Counted from the first letter of the stretch, positions 9,309 to 18,524 are shown. The stretch: 64,000 bases of DNA from an uncultured Candidatus Saccharibacteria bacterium (GCA_964450605.1 CAYVEK010000001.1:143933-207932); one strand, 5' to 3'. The notes: generated by a model not told the origin, from the sequence alone. A program made the numbers and translations.

Positions 9309-9830
9309 ATGAAAAAATATATTTTACTTCTATCTATGTACCTTTCGTTGTCTGCTGTTTTTGTAGTATCTGCTGCAAATGTCTCTTTACCTAACATACC
9401 AGTAACACAAACGGATCAATTTGGTGATACAACAACTACAAATGCCGGAGGTATAATAAATACCTCTGCTGATAATGCTGTTTCAGGAACAAACATCCAA
9501 TACACTACACCAGGTGTACAATATCCAACTGTTAATACGCCTACAAACACCTCAAAATTATCAATAAGTGGTCTAGTGGCTTGGTTTGTTGAGCTTATAA
9601 ACTATATTATAAAGTTTATTTTAACACTGGCCCTCATTGCATTTTTGTGGGGAATATTCAGACTTGTGTTTGTGGATGCGACAAATGAAGCTGAAAGAGC
9701 TAAGGCTAAAAAATTCATTCTTTGGGGAATAGTTGCATTGTTTGTAATGACTTCTGTGTGGGGGCTGGTTAACGTGCTACACTCTTCAGTATTTGGCGGT
9801 AGTACCTTGATTATTCCACAATTAAAGTAG
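9309..9830 (+). CDS. TrbC/VirB2-like pilin paralog 3
   Basis: Signal peptide MKKYILLLSMYLSLSAVFVVSA; C-terminal FILTLALIAFLWGIFRLVF ... FILWGIVALFVMTSVWGLVNVL. Start chosen at the internal Met (9309) rather than the overlapping 9276. Confidence 0.55.
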   Translation: MKKYILLLSMYLSLSAVFVVSAANVSLPNIPVTQTDQFGDTTTTNAGGIINTSADNAVSGTNIQYTTPGVQYPTVNTPTNTSKLSISGLVAWFVELINYIIKFILTLALIAFLWGIFRLVFVDATNEAERAKAKKFILWGIVALFVMTSVWGLVNVLHSSVFGGSTLIIPQLK

Positions 9831-9888
9831 TATAATAAAGTTATAGGTTATATTAATAAATAATTTTTAAAAATTTCTTACATATTTT

Positions 9889-10290
9889 ATGAAATCTAAA
9901 TTTTCTATACTAGCAATCGCATTAACACCGTTTCTTGCAAATGCACAGCTAGGATCAGAGGGATTTGCCTCAACAGTAGATGGATTTTTGGCCTACTTAC
10001 TATATATTGCAGGTCGAGCTCTTCCTCTTCTTATTCTTGCCGCTCTACTATTCTTCTTGTGGGGAATATTTAAAATATTCTTTTGGGACAGAGGACACGA
10101 TGATCCTAAAAACAAAACTTTTATCCTTTGGGGAGTTGTTGCATTGTTCGTGATGGTATCTGTATGGGGACTTGTAAACGTTCTACGAGATACACTACGA
10201 CTTGATAACTCACGAGTTCCATCTGCTCCAGCTATTCCATTTCCGGCAGCGCCTGCCACAAACTCAGGTGGCTTAGCTCCAGCAAGATAA
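9889..10290 (+). CDS. TrbC/VirB2-like pilin paralog 4
   Basis: Signal peptide; LLILAALLFFLWGIFKIFF ... FILWGVVALFVMVSVWGLVNVL, near-identical C-terminal motif to paralog 3. Confidence 0.55.
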   Translation: MKSKFSILAIALTPFLANAQLGSEGFASTVDGFLAYLLYIAGRALPLLILAALLFFLWGIFKIFFWDRGHDDPKNKTFILWGVVALFVMVSVWGLVNVLRDTLRLDNSRVPSAPAIPFPAAPATNSGGLAPAR

Positions 10291-10303
10291 TACATTTTTA
10301 CGT

Positions 10304-10337
10304 AAAAAGCCTCGAGTGTACTCGAGGCTTTTTATTT
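10304..10337. terminator. Bidirectional rho-independent terminator
   Basis: Perfect hairpin agcctcgag-tgta-ctcgaggct, flanked by an A-run upstream and a T-run downstream. Confidence 0.75.
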
Positions 10338-10351
10338 TGTATACTTAATAC

Positions 10352-10648
10352 ATGCAAGAAGTATATAAACTTATCAGTAAGATAAATGAATACGTATTAA
10401 ATCCTATCATTCTTATCGTATTTGCCATCGCACTCCTTTTCTTTATGTTTGGAATTTTTGAATATTTATGGAAATCACACAAAGATCCGGCGGCTATACA
10501 GGCAGGGGCAAAGCATATAGGTTGGGGTATAGTCGGTATGCTTATTATGATATCTGTATTTGGAATTATACAGGTCATAATAAACACAATACCTGTGGAT
10601 TCAAATGCTAAAGATGCAGTAAAAAAGGTTATACCTATCAATAACTAA
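10352..10648 (+). CDS. TrbC/VirB2-like pilin paralog 5 (short form)
   Basis: 98 aa; two hydrophobic helices IILIVFAIALLFFMFGIF and IGWGIVGMLIMISVFGIIQVI separated by a charged loop. Confidence 0.5.
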   Translation: MQEVYKLISKINEYVLNPIILIVFAIALLFFMFGIFEYLWKSHKDPAAIQAGAKHIGWGIVGMLIMISVFGIIQVIINTIPVDSNAKDAVKKVIPINN

Positions 10649-10665
10649 TCTATATAAAAAGAAAG

Positions 10666-10694
10666 CCCGCAGCGCGCATGTGACGCGCTGCGGG
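10666..10694 (-). terminator. GC-rich hairpin terminator for the minus-strand GC-island operon
   Basis: cccgcagcgcg-catgtga-cgcgctgcggg hairpin; on the minus strand it is followed by CTTTCTTTTT. Confidence 0.55.
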
Positions 10695-10702
10695 GTGGAC
10701 AG

Positions 10703-11302
10703 TTATCGGTTTGGTGTAAACCGGAAAATTGCCCGAATCTTTGAAGTAGGCTCAACGGGACGTAATCCTAGTTCGAGCGTTTCCCCAAAGATAGCTTTTT
10801 GAGTTTCTCGGGATATTTTGTCCCGATTGACCCCGTCAGGGCGGATCAGCCACGATCCGCCTTTGCTATCCCACAGTAGTTGCTTGTTCGAGCGCCCTGT
10901 GGGTGACGCGGAGTCTCTGACTGTGAGGAGGAGGATTGCTCCGTCTCCATATACAGTCAGACCCCATACTTTATCCCATGTCGAGGTTTTTGGAGCCCCG
11001 ACTGGGCTTGGTTTCCACAACTCCTCTCCAGAGGAGGTGGACTCTTTTTCTACCCAAGCAGGAACTGTATCCGACTTGGTCGTGGTGCCAGAGGCTGAAG
11101 GCTCTGGGCTTGTGGTCGTGATGGGGTCACGAGGGTTGGGCAGGGCGCCCGCTTCTCGCATACCCTCAGAAGTTTCTCGACGAATGTCTTCGCCGATAGC
11201 TCCTACAACCGTCTCCGCTGCTCCTGTGTAGGGATTGGCGGTTGGTGATGTCAATTTGGTTACTAGTATCACCACTACTAGTAAGCCTATGATGTACTTC
11301 AT
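10703..11302 (-). CDS. Secreted hypothetical protein in a GC-rich island
   Basis: Signal peptide MKYIIGLLVVVILVTKLTSP; Pro/Thr/Ser-rich, no known motif; ~57% GC versus the AT-rich surroundings; 4-bp overlap with the upstream gene (operon). Confidence 0.55.
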   Translation of the reverse strand: MKYIIGLLVVVILVTKLTSPTANPYTGAAETVVGAIGEDIRRETSEGMREAGALPNPRDPITTTSPEPSASGTTTKSDTVPAWVEKESTSSGEELWKPSPVGAPKTSTWDKVWGLTVYGDGAILLLTVRDSASPTGRSNKQLLWDSKGGSWLIRPDGVNRDKISRETQKAIFGETLELGLRPVEPTSKIRAIFRFTPNR

Positions 11303-12543
11303 ATTCTTGTCACAACGACTGGAGGATTGCCACCTCCGCGGTTGTTTCGTTTTTTGCTGTTTTTACCACTGCCACCACTTTGGCGGATATCCAACCCTTT
11401 AAGAGCCCCCTCCTCGACCTGTATAAATCTCAGAAGTTGTTCGTCGCTCATTGTTGGGAATATCCGTCTCGCCTCATCCATCTTCGGCCCCTTGTTGCGG
11501 ATGTTCAAGGTCTCCCTCTGATCATCCAGTGCCTGCTTCTTGAGGGCAAGCATAGCCTCTTCTATCGACGGCGGGTTTTCAACCTTCGTGATTGTGATCG
11601 ACGAAAGCTGATAGCCGCTATCTATGAATCGTTGCTGGATTGTTCCGGTATTCAAGGCCTGGTCTGAAACCCCTTTAAGATTGCCGCGTATTTGAGACAC
11701 GGTAGTCCAGAAGGCGTCGCTGAGGACGACTGTTAGTGCTCCAAGCGCATAGAGGCGCATTTGGTCTGTTGACAGCGGATTAGTTTTTGATTTTTTTGGA
11801 TCGAAACAAACCACCACAACGGTACCAGTTATATGCGCCGGGAACTCACTTCCGTTGGACCCGCACTGTACTACAGCATCAGTTTTGCCAGCCTCTCTTT
11901 CAAGGGGATAGGTTAACTTCTTGCCGTCGACATTTTCCCAGGACATGCCTAAGAAACTCGGAAGCAGTTGGTTTATAGAACCTCCAACTGCTTTATTCAG
12001 AATTGAAAGTCGGCGTCCCAAGAAGGAACCGACCCCGATCGTGTCGATAGGAACGATCTTTTTGTTGAGTATGCACTCCTTGAAGAAGGAGCGAAAAACC
12101 CAGAAAAAGATTATTCCTGCAGTCAGCATCACTGAGAAGAAATAGTACAGTCCTCCTGGAAGGAGAAACAGTACAATCTTCTTTGACAGCCATAAACTGC
12201 TGTTGATGAGTGCTATGTGAAGGCCGGCCGATGCGAGCAGACATCCAATGTTGCTGTGTTGCCCCTTCTTTCTCAGTATTCCGAAGCCTGCACCGATGAG
12301 AATGGTCGCTATAATCCAGGACCATCTCCACATTTCGTCTAGAGCAGCCTGTTCAGGCGATACTCTCGTGCCCAGGTTCTCCGACCTGGGGAATGCTTTT
12401 GAGCCAGAGCTCTGCTGTAATCCTGCAATGGCGTCTCCGAAGAACCACCATACACAGAATATAAGCAGAGCAATGCTCAAGAACCAAAAGACCAAGTTGC
12501 GGATTGCTTTTCCGCGACGACTGGTCGGTCTTAATATGCTCAT
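11299..12543 (-). CDS. Membrane protein with N-terminal TM helices and a C-terminal SPFH/band-7-like region, in a GC-rich island
   Basis: Multiple hydrophobic helices in the first ~160 aa; C-terminal segment resembling stomatin/prohibitin (...ITKVENPPSIEEAMLALKKQALDDQRE...); high GC. Confidence 0.5.
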   Translation of the reverse strand: MSILRPTSRRGKAIRNLVFWFLSIALLIFCVWWFFGDAIAGLQQSSGSKAFPRSENLGTRVSPEQAALDEMWRWSWIIATILIGAGFGILRKKGQHSNIGCLLASAGLHIALINSSLWLSKKIVLFLLPGGLYYFFSVMLTAGIIFFWVFRSFFKECILNKKIVPIDTIGVGSFLGRRLSILNKAVGGSINQLLPSFLGMSWENVDGKKLTYPLEREAGKTDAVVQCGSNGSEFPAHITGTVVVVCFDPKKSKTNPLSTDQMRLYALGALTVVLSDAFWTTVSQIRGNLKGVSDQALNTGTIQQRFIDSGYQLSSITITKVENPPSIEEAMLALKKQALDDQRETLNIRNKGPKMDEARRIFPTMSDEQLLRFIQVEEGALKGLDIRQSGGSGKNSKKRNNRGGGNPPVVVTRI

Positions 12544-12579
12544 GTCAATGTTTGGCCGTTACTTTACGACCACGTATAT

Positions 12580-12608
12580 ATATTATCACATATTACCAGA
12601 AAAATCAA
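12580..12608 (-). promoter_or_regulatory. sigma70-like promoter (TTGATT-17nt-TAATAT) driving the GC-rich operon
   Basis: On the minus strand: ttgatt tttctggtaatatgtga taatat, in an AT-rich host-like context just upstream of the 12543 start. Confidence 0.45.
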
Positions 12609-12621
12609 GTGCTTCGTATAT

Positions 12622-12650
12622 ATAAAAACCTTATAAAATAAGGGTTTTTT
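12622..12650 (-). terminator. Terminator closing the minus-strand tRNA operon
   Basis: Hairpin aaccttat-aaaa-taagggtt; on the minus strand it is followed by a T-run (A-run on the plus strand). Confidence 0.55.
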
Positions 12651-12696
12651 GAGATACAATGCAAGCAAAAAACGCACCCAGTTTTGCTAGACACGT

Positions 12697-12760
12697 TTTT
12701 GTTTGTGGGCAAGGAGGGACTAGGTCCTTACAGGACCAGTATACCTTTGCCATATTCTCA
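12697..12760 (-). pseudogene. Pseudo-tRNA / duplicated 3' end of tRNA-Leu (25-nt exact repeat of the tRNA-Leu 3' end plus flank; T-arm missing)
   Basis: ttttgtttgtgggcaaggagggact at 12697-12721 is identical to 12878-12902 (last 16 nt of tRNA-Leu plus 9 nt of flank). Continues as an acceptor-like 5' strand and one hairpin but lacks a T-arm. Confidence 0.6.
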
Positions 12761-12886
12761 TATGCTCCGCATATTCGAATACAAGGCAAAGCTTTTCTCG
12801 TCCCTCACGGACATGCAACTATGCATGTCCTCTTGCCCAAACGAAAACAAGCATCCTCGCTTTCGCTCGGACACTTGTTTTGTTTG

Positions 12887-12969
12887 TGGGCAAGGAGGGA
12901 CTCGAACCCTCAACCCTTGCGGGACTAGTTCCTAAGACTAGCGCGTATACCAATTCCGCCACTTGCCCA
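12887..12969 (-). tRNA. tRNA-Leu (anticodon UAG), type II with long variable arm
   Basis: Manual fold: acceptor GGGCAAG/CTTGCCC, anticodon stem ctagt/actag with loop cTTAGga, variable hairpin tcccgcaaggg, T-arm gagggTTCGAGTccctc. Confidence 0.85.
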
Positions 12970-12987
12970 TATTCTGCTATTGCAGGT

Positions 12988-13060
12988 CCGTCTAGTAGGA
13001 TTCGAACCTACGACCAATTGCTTAAGAGGCAACTGCTCTACCAACTGAGCTATAGACGGG
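12988..13060 (-). tRNA. tRNA-Lys (anticodon CUU)
   Basis: Manual fold: acceptor ccgtcta/tagacgg, D-arm gctcagttggtagagc, anticodon loop ctCTTaa, T-arm gtaggTTCGAATcctac. Confidence 0.85.
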
Positions 13061-13080
13061 AAATGTTTGTTTTACTCTGT

Positions 13081-13153
13081 GTGGACCCGAGGGGATTCGA
13101 ACTCCTGACCTCCTCAGTGCAAATGAGGCGCTCTACCAACTAAGCTACGGGCC
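13081..13153 (-). tRNA. tRNA-Ala (anticodon UGC)
   Basis: Manual fold: acceptor gggcccg/cgggtcc with the G3:U70 Ala identity pair, anticodon loop ttTGCac, T-arm aggagTTCGAATcccct. Confidence 0.85.
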
Positions 13154-13260
13154 CTTCGTCTTCAATACTACTATATTATTTTTAAAAATACAATACTATA
13201 TGTATCTTTATCTTTTCTTCGGTAAAACTTTATCATAGTGCTGATAGACTTTATTCAACT

Positions 13261-13620
13261 ATGTCTATATACAATAATCGTGGCTTTATTGCGTTGTTTT
13301 TCGTTATAACTATGTCGCTGACTTTTTATGCTTGGATAAATATATCCTCAAGTACCTTATTTGCCTATATAGGCAACAGACGTGCATTTGAACAAGAGAG
13401 GTCTGGTATTGCCAATAATATTCTTTGTATAGATGCTTTTATTGAGCATGGTGTGGTAGATGTAGGTGTGTTTTCAAGAGAGTTGTTTTTTAAAGATATG
13501 AATACGTGTAATGTGACTATTTCAGATACGGAACACTTTTTTATCATGAATAAAAAAGTGGTATTCAGTGTAGAAAAAGAGCACGGTTTTGTAGCGCGTG
13601 TTGTTACCAGATTTCTTTAA
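13261..13620 (+). CDS. Hypothetical small membrane protein (possible minor pseudopilin)
   Basis: N-terminal hydrophobic helix GFIALFFVITMSLTFYAWI; no other motif. Confidence 0.3.
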   Translation: MSIYNNRGFIALFFVITMSLTFYAWINISSSTLFAYIGNRRAFEQERSGIANNILCIDAFIEHGVVDVGVFSRELFFKDMNTCNVTISDTEHFFIMNKKVVFSVEKEHGFVARVVTRFL

Positions 13621-13661
13621 CTTTTCTTCAAATATTCTTGAACCTGTTTGTGTGATTATGT

Positions 13662-14156
13662 TTGTATTATCAGTTTAAATACATCAATAATATGCGACAA
13701 AAAATAAATACAAAAAAAGGTTTTACATTAATAGAGATACTGGTTGTGATAGGTATTATAGGAATACTGGCAACAGTTGTTTTGGTTGCTGTGAATCCTG
13801 CCAGACAGTTTAAACAAGCTCGAGACTCTCAACGTCTGGCAAATGTAAACACTATCCTAAATGCACTCGGACAAAACATATCCGATCATCAAGGTGTTAT
13901 TCATTGTGGTAGTGGTGACCCCGGCATATCAAATACTCCTCTGCTTATGACAACTGGTAGTGATGGGGTAGACATAGCAGATTGCTTGGTTCCAGAATAT
14001 CTTCCAAAGCTACCGTATGATCCATACCCAGAAAGAGGTCATTATGTGTCTGAAGATGATTACAATACTGGTTACAGCATAAGCACAGATCCACTAGGAA
14101 GACTCACTGTTTCCGCTACAGGTGAAATACAGCCAAATATTGCCGTATCAAGATAG
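13662..14156 (+). CDS. Type IV pilin / pseudopilin-like protein with prepilin-type N-terminal signal
   Basis: KKGFTLIEILVVIGIIGILA: class III (prepilin peptidase) signal with G-F-T-L-I-E. Confidence 0.75.
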   Translation: MYYQFKYINNMRQKINTKKGFTLIEILVVIGIIGILATVVLVAVNPARQFKQARDSQRLANVNTILNALGQNISDHQGVIHCGSGDPGISNTPLLMTTGSDGVDIADCLVPEYLPKLPYDPYPERGHYVSEDDYNTGYSISTDPLGRLTVSATGEIQPNIAVSR

Positions 14157-14379
14157 TAAGGTTTTTGGTTTGATTTATTCTCCAGATGTGATATAGTTCT
14201 CATATTATGAAATTAGTATCATCACTCAAGAGAAAAGATCTTCGACAAGGGGAGATTATCGTACGACGAGGAAAACATCTCTATCGAATCAATAAAAAGA
14301 ATCGAAAACGAAACGCAAAACAAGGGTAAAACCCTTGTTTTTGTTTGGTGTATATGGTTTAGGTTGCTATCATGTATAT

Positions 14380-15870
14380 ATGAAAAACAAAGCTTTGTAT
14401 GTGATAGTTGTAGCAATATGTTTTATTGGGATTATACTTGGAGTTAGTTATTTTGCTCAAAGACAGTCAAAAACTGTTATTTTACAAGACAAAAAACAGG
14501 ACATTTCGACCTCAAAAAACGATCAAAAAGACAGCATGGCGCAGACGCTAGTATCTCTTAGATTTGCAGGTGATATATTACCAGCTCGTGCTGTAGAGCT
14601 AACTATGCGTAAAAACGGGTATATGTACCCATTTGAAAAGATTCGTCAGGAGCTTGCTGATGCTGATATAACATTCGCAAACTTAGAATCACCACTTATA
14701 GGTACCAAAACAACCGGAAGGACTACACCTGGCGGAACAACTGTTTTTCGAGGAGATGTTGATTTTGCAACAACTCTAAAAGAGGTGGGTATAGATGTGG
14801 TTTCCTTGGCAAACAATCATATGAAAGATCAGGGTCAAAAGGGTATAGAGAGTACACTTACAACTCTAGATCAGATAGGTCTAAAACACGCCGGAGCAGG
14901 TCTTAACAGTGCTCAGGCTGAACAACTTGCAGTTATCGAAGTAGATAAAGGCATGGAGGGGGTTATCAAGGTAGGTTTTTTAGCTTTCAACGATGCTGAC
15001 GTTGTGCCTGAAAGCTATCACGCTACTGAAAAACAATCTGGTACAAATATTATGGATGTGGATAAACTTAAAAGATTGGTGGCTGAAAATAGGCCAAAAG
15101 TAGATGTGCTTATAGTGTCCATGCATTCAGGTACAGAGTATGCCAAAAGACCAAATTCAAAACAAATCACTTTTGCCCAAACTGCAATAGATGCCGGTGC
15201 CGATATAGTTATGGGTCACCACCCACACGTTCTCCAGCCGATACAACAGTACAAAGGAAAATACATTTTTTATAGTCTAGGTAACTTTGTATTCGATCAA
15301 CCGTGGCCAGACACGAAACAGAGCCTGATAGCACAGATTGATGTATTTCTGAAAAAAGACTCATCTGGAAAGTGGTCTATACAAGGTCAAAAACCAACTG
15401 TGATACCTCTAGCTATTTACCAGTTTCAACCACAAAAACTAGTATCAGGTACTCCTGAGTATCAAGCTGTTTTGAATCGTTTAGATTTTCCTTACAAGAT
15501 ATTTAAAATAGGAGGTCAAGTACTGCAAGTGGGTATTGCCAGCTCCTCAGAGTCTCGTGAAAAAGGCTTGTCAGGGACGAGTATTTTACCTAAAGGACAA
15601 GGTCTATTGTTTACATTTGATAGGCCAGATAGGTACGGCATATGGATGAAGGATATGAAATACCCTATAGATATATATTGGTTCGATAAGGATTTCAGGC
15701 TTATAGATCAAGCTCTTTCTGTAAAACCAGAAACATACCCAAATGTCTTTTACCCAAAAGCAGATGCGTACTATGTCCTTGAAACAAATGTCCAAGAACT
15801 AATAGATATGTCCTTGACAAAAGACTTGACGGGGGAGTTGACGGATATCGTGTCTTATGATAAAAAGTAG
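14380..15870 (+). CDS. CapA-family (PGA_cap metallophosphatase-like) protein fused to a C-terminal DUF192 domain
   Basis: N-terminal TM; SLRFAGDILPAR, GHHPHVLQP metallophosphatase-like motifs typical of CapA; C-terminal LLFTFDRPDRYGIWMKDMKYPIDIYWFD resembles DUF192. Confidence 0.6.
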   Translation: MKNKALYVIVVAICFIGIILGVSYFAQRQSKTVILQDKKQDISTSKNDQKDSMAQTLVSLRFAGDILPARAVELTMRKNGYMYPFEKIRQELADADITFANLESPLIGTKTTGRTTPGGTTVFRGDVDFATTLKEVGIDVVSLANNHMKDQGQKGIESTLTTLDQIGLKHAGAGLNSAQAEQLAVIEVDKGMEGVIKVGFLAFNDADVVPESYHATEKQSGTNIMDVDKLKRLVAENRPKVDVLIVSMHSGTEYAKRPNSKQITFAQTAIDAGADIVMGHHPHVLQPIQQYKGKYIFYSLGNFVFDQPWPDTKQSLIAQIDVFLKKDSSGKWSIQGQKPTVIPLAIYQFQPQKLVSGTPEYQAVLNRLDFPYKIFKIGGQVLQVGIASSSESREKGLSGTSILPKGQGLLFTFDRPDRYGIWMKDMKYPIDIYWFDKDFRLIDQALSVKPETYPNVFYPKADAYYVLETNVQELIDMSLTKDLTGELTDIVSYDKK

Positions 15871-15876
15871 AAACCT

Positions 15877-16932
15877 ATGGCAAATTCAACACCAGTATTT
15901 AGCTTCAAAGTTAAGGCAGTTACTAAAAAATTATTGAGTGCGATACCTGAGCGTTCTCGAATTATTATTTCGAAGCGATTTGGAATCGACAAAGATAAAG
16001 ATACAGAAAAAATGACCCTCGAAGCTATCGGTGAGATGTATGACATCACTCGTGAGCGAGTTCGACAGATCGAGGCAAATTCTTTGGCTGCAATACGAAA
16101 ATCAAATGCGTATAAAGAAGAAGTGAAAGTGTTCGCTGAGCTAGCTACATATGTAAAAAGTATCGGTGGTCTTGTTGCTGAACATGACTTACTAGAACAC
16201 TTGTCAAAAGATCCTTCTACACAAAACCATTATCATTTTCTGTTGATACTTGGTGACCAGTTTAAAAAAGAGAAGGAAAGTGAAGAATTCCATCATCGAT
16301 GGCATGTTGATTCTGAGCTGTCAAAGAAGATTCATGATGCTCTTAAGAAGTTATATACAAATCTCTCAGATGAGGCTCTTATTCCAGAAACAGAGATTAT
16401 TAAGGCTTTTATGGATAACCTAAAAGATGTATCTGAGGAACTTAAAAATGAAGAGGTTGCAAAACGATGGCTTCGAATATCAAAACATATCGATAAAAAC
16501 CCTCTTGGTGAGTGGGGTAAAAGCCGATCTACCAATGTTCGAGTTAAAGGTATTCGAGACTATGCGTATCTAGCCATGCGAAAGCACGGATCCCCAGTAC
16601 ACTTCAAAGAGATTGCTAAATTGATCCAAAAAGTCTTTGGAAAACGAGCTCATGAAGCTACTACTCACAACGAGCTTATAAAAGATGAGAGATTTGTTCT
16701 TGTAGGACGAGGTCTTTACGCCTTGGCAGAGTGGGGGTATGTGAGCGGAGTGGTTCGAGATGTTATTAAAAAAGTCTTGGCTAAACACGGTCCTATGACC
16801 CGGGAAGACATATTTAATAAGGTTATGAAAGAGAGATATGTTAAAGAAAACACTATCTTGGTCAACCTCCAGAACAACAAATATTTCAAAAAAGATTCAG
16901 ATGGCAAGTATCATGTTGTTGCTGAAAAATAA
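15877..16932 (+). CDS. Sigma-70 region-4 (HTH) domain protein with a long unknown C-terminal region
   Basis: RFGIDKDKDTEKMTLEAIGEMYDITRERVRQIEANSLAAIRK matches sigma-70 region 4.2 HTH; no regions 2/3 found. Confidence 0.5.
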   Translation: MANSTPVFSFKVKAVTKKLLSAIPERSRIIISKRFGIDKDKDTEKMTLEAIGEMYDITRERVRQIEANSLAAIRKSNAYKEEVKVFAELATYVKSIGGLVAEHDLLEHLSKDPSTQNHYHFLLILGDQFKKEKESEEFHHRWHVDSELSKKIHDALKKLYTNLSDEALIPETEIIKAFMDNLKDVSEELKNEEVAKRWLRISKHIDKNPLGEWGKSRSTNVRVKGIRDYAYLAMRKHGSPVHFKEIAKLIQKVFGKRAHEATTHNELIKDERFVLVGRGLYALAEWGYVSGVVRDVIKKVLAKHGPMTREDIFNKVMKERYVKENTILVNLQNNKYFKKDSDGKYHVVAEK

Positions 16933-17062
16933 AGTTGCGTATAATTACACTTTGTGATACTATAAAACAATGCGTGCTTATACCCTGCTTAATTTTACTT
17001 TGAGCATAGTATTTGTACTCGAAAATTAGTTTTATAATTTTAATTATTTATCATTTAAATTC

Positions 17063-17440
17063 ATGCGTATATTAGGTATAAACCTTAAGGATGACCAGCG
17101 GATCGAGATGGCTTTAACAGCAGTGTATGGTATCGGACGTTCACGTGCACATACTATTCTCGATAACGCCGACGTAGAGCACGGTGTTAAGGCAGGCGAT
17201 TTAACAGCAGATCAAGAGAACAAGATTCGACTTGAAGTTGAGAAGTTTAAATTAGAAGCCGATCTAAAACGAGAAGTTGCTACAAACATAAAGCGACTTA
17301 AAGATATCAAGTGTTATCGAGGTACTCGACATACTCGAAAACTACCTGTACGAGGTCAAAGAACAAAGACTAACGCCCGAACATTGAAGGGTGTTAAGAA
17401 GACTATGGGTTCAGGAAAGAAGAAAGACACTAAGAAATAA
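17063..17440 (+). CDS. rpsM: 30S ribosomal protein S13
   Basis: MRILGINL...IALTAVYGIG...KCYRGTRH signature; operon context. Confidence 0.9.
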   Translation: MRILGINLKDDQRIEMALTAVYGIGRSRAHTILDNADVEHGVKAGDLTADQENKIRLEVEKFKLEADLKREVATNIKRLKDIKCYRGTRHTRKLPVRGQRTKTNARTLKGVKKTMGSGKKKDTKK

Positions 17441-17470
17441 AATTTATACAAGCTAATTTAATCTAATTTC

Positions 17471-17878
17471 ATGGCAAAAAAAACAACAACAGCAGAGTCA
17501 TCAGCTCCAAAGAAGTCTACACAAAAACGAAAGTTGACTTATGGTCTTTTGCACATCCAGTCTACTTACAACAACACAAAAGTTGTTCTAACTGACGAAA
17601 AAGGAAACTCAGTAGCTCTTTCATCTGCAGGAGCTCTTGGTTTTAAAGGTGCTAAAAAAGGTACTCCTTTTGCGGCTGCAAAGATTGGTGAGGTTCTGGC
17701 AGATAAAGCTATCGCAATGGGTATAAAAGAGGTAGGCGTGGTGATTAAAGGAACTGGATCAGGACGAGAGTCTGTGGTCCGTTCTTTTATTTCAAAAGGA
17801 ATCAATGTTGACTCTATAAAAGATAGAACACCTGTTCCTCATAACGGTCCTAAGCCTAAGAAGCCTAGACGAATATAA
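17471..17878 (+). CDS. rpsK: 30S ribosomal protein S11
   Basis: HIQSTYNNT.V..TD..GN...SAG..GFKGAKK.TPFAA signature. Confidence 0.9.
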   Translation: MAKKTTTAESSAPKKSTQKRKLTYGLLHIQSTYNNTKVVLTDEKGNSVALSSAGALGFKGAKKGTPFAAAKIGEVLADKAIAMGIKEVGVVIKGTGSGRESVVRSFISKGINVDSIKDRTPVPHNGPKPKKPRRI

Positions 17879-17915
17879 TATTTATTAATTACAATCTTCA
17901 ATTCTTATATAATTT

Positions 17916-18524
17916 ATGAAAATAGGTCCAAAATATAAAATCGCACGAAGACTAGGGGCACCAGTGTTTGAAAAAACTCAAACACAAAAGTTTCGAGTAA
18001 AATCTGAAGCGAAAACTAAAAGTAAGAAAGGTGGTAAAACACGAAGTTCTTACGGTCTACAGTTGATCGAGAAGCAGAAGGCTCGATTTACATACGGTAT
18101 AACTGCAAAACAGTTCGGTAACTACATTAAAGAAGTTATTGACTCAAAAACAACTCATGGTCCAGAAGAGTTATACAAAAAACTAGAAACACGATTAGAT
18201 AATGTTGTATATCGACTAGGCCTTGCCAATACACGACGGTTTGCTCGTCAGCTTGTATCACACGGACACATCACAGTAAATGGTGTCAAAAACACTGTTC
18301 CATCGACTCGAGTATATGAAGGTAATGTTATAAGTGTTCGAGAGGGAAGTAAAAACACTAAAGCTTTTGCAACTGTGGCAGAACGAGCTAAAAACGCAAC
18401 TGTTCAGGATTGGCTTTCATTTGATGCAGATAAACTTTCTGGAAAAGTAAACAAACTTCCAACACTTGCAGGTCAAGACGTTCTGTTCGATCTAGGTCAG
18501 GTTCTAGAATTTGCAAAGAGATAG
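17916..18524 (+). CDS. rpsD: 30S ribosomal protein S4
   Basis: PKYKIARRLG..VFEK..; S4 RNA-binding domain RLDNVVYRLGLANTRRFARQLVSHGHI. Confidence 0.9.
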   Translation: MKIGPKYKIARRLGAPVFEKTQTQKFRVKSEAKTKSKKGGKTRSSYGLQLIEKQKARFTYGITAKQFGNYIKEVIDSKTTHGPEELYKKLETRLDNVVYRLGLANTRRFARQLVSHGHITVNGVKNTVPSTRVYEGNVISVREGSKNTKAFATVAERAKNATVQDWLSFDADKLSGKVNKLPTLAGQDVLFDLGQVLEFAKR

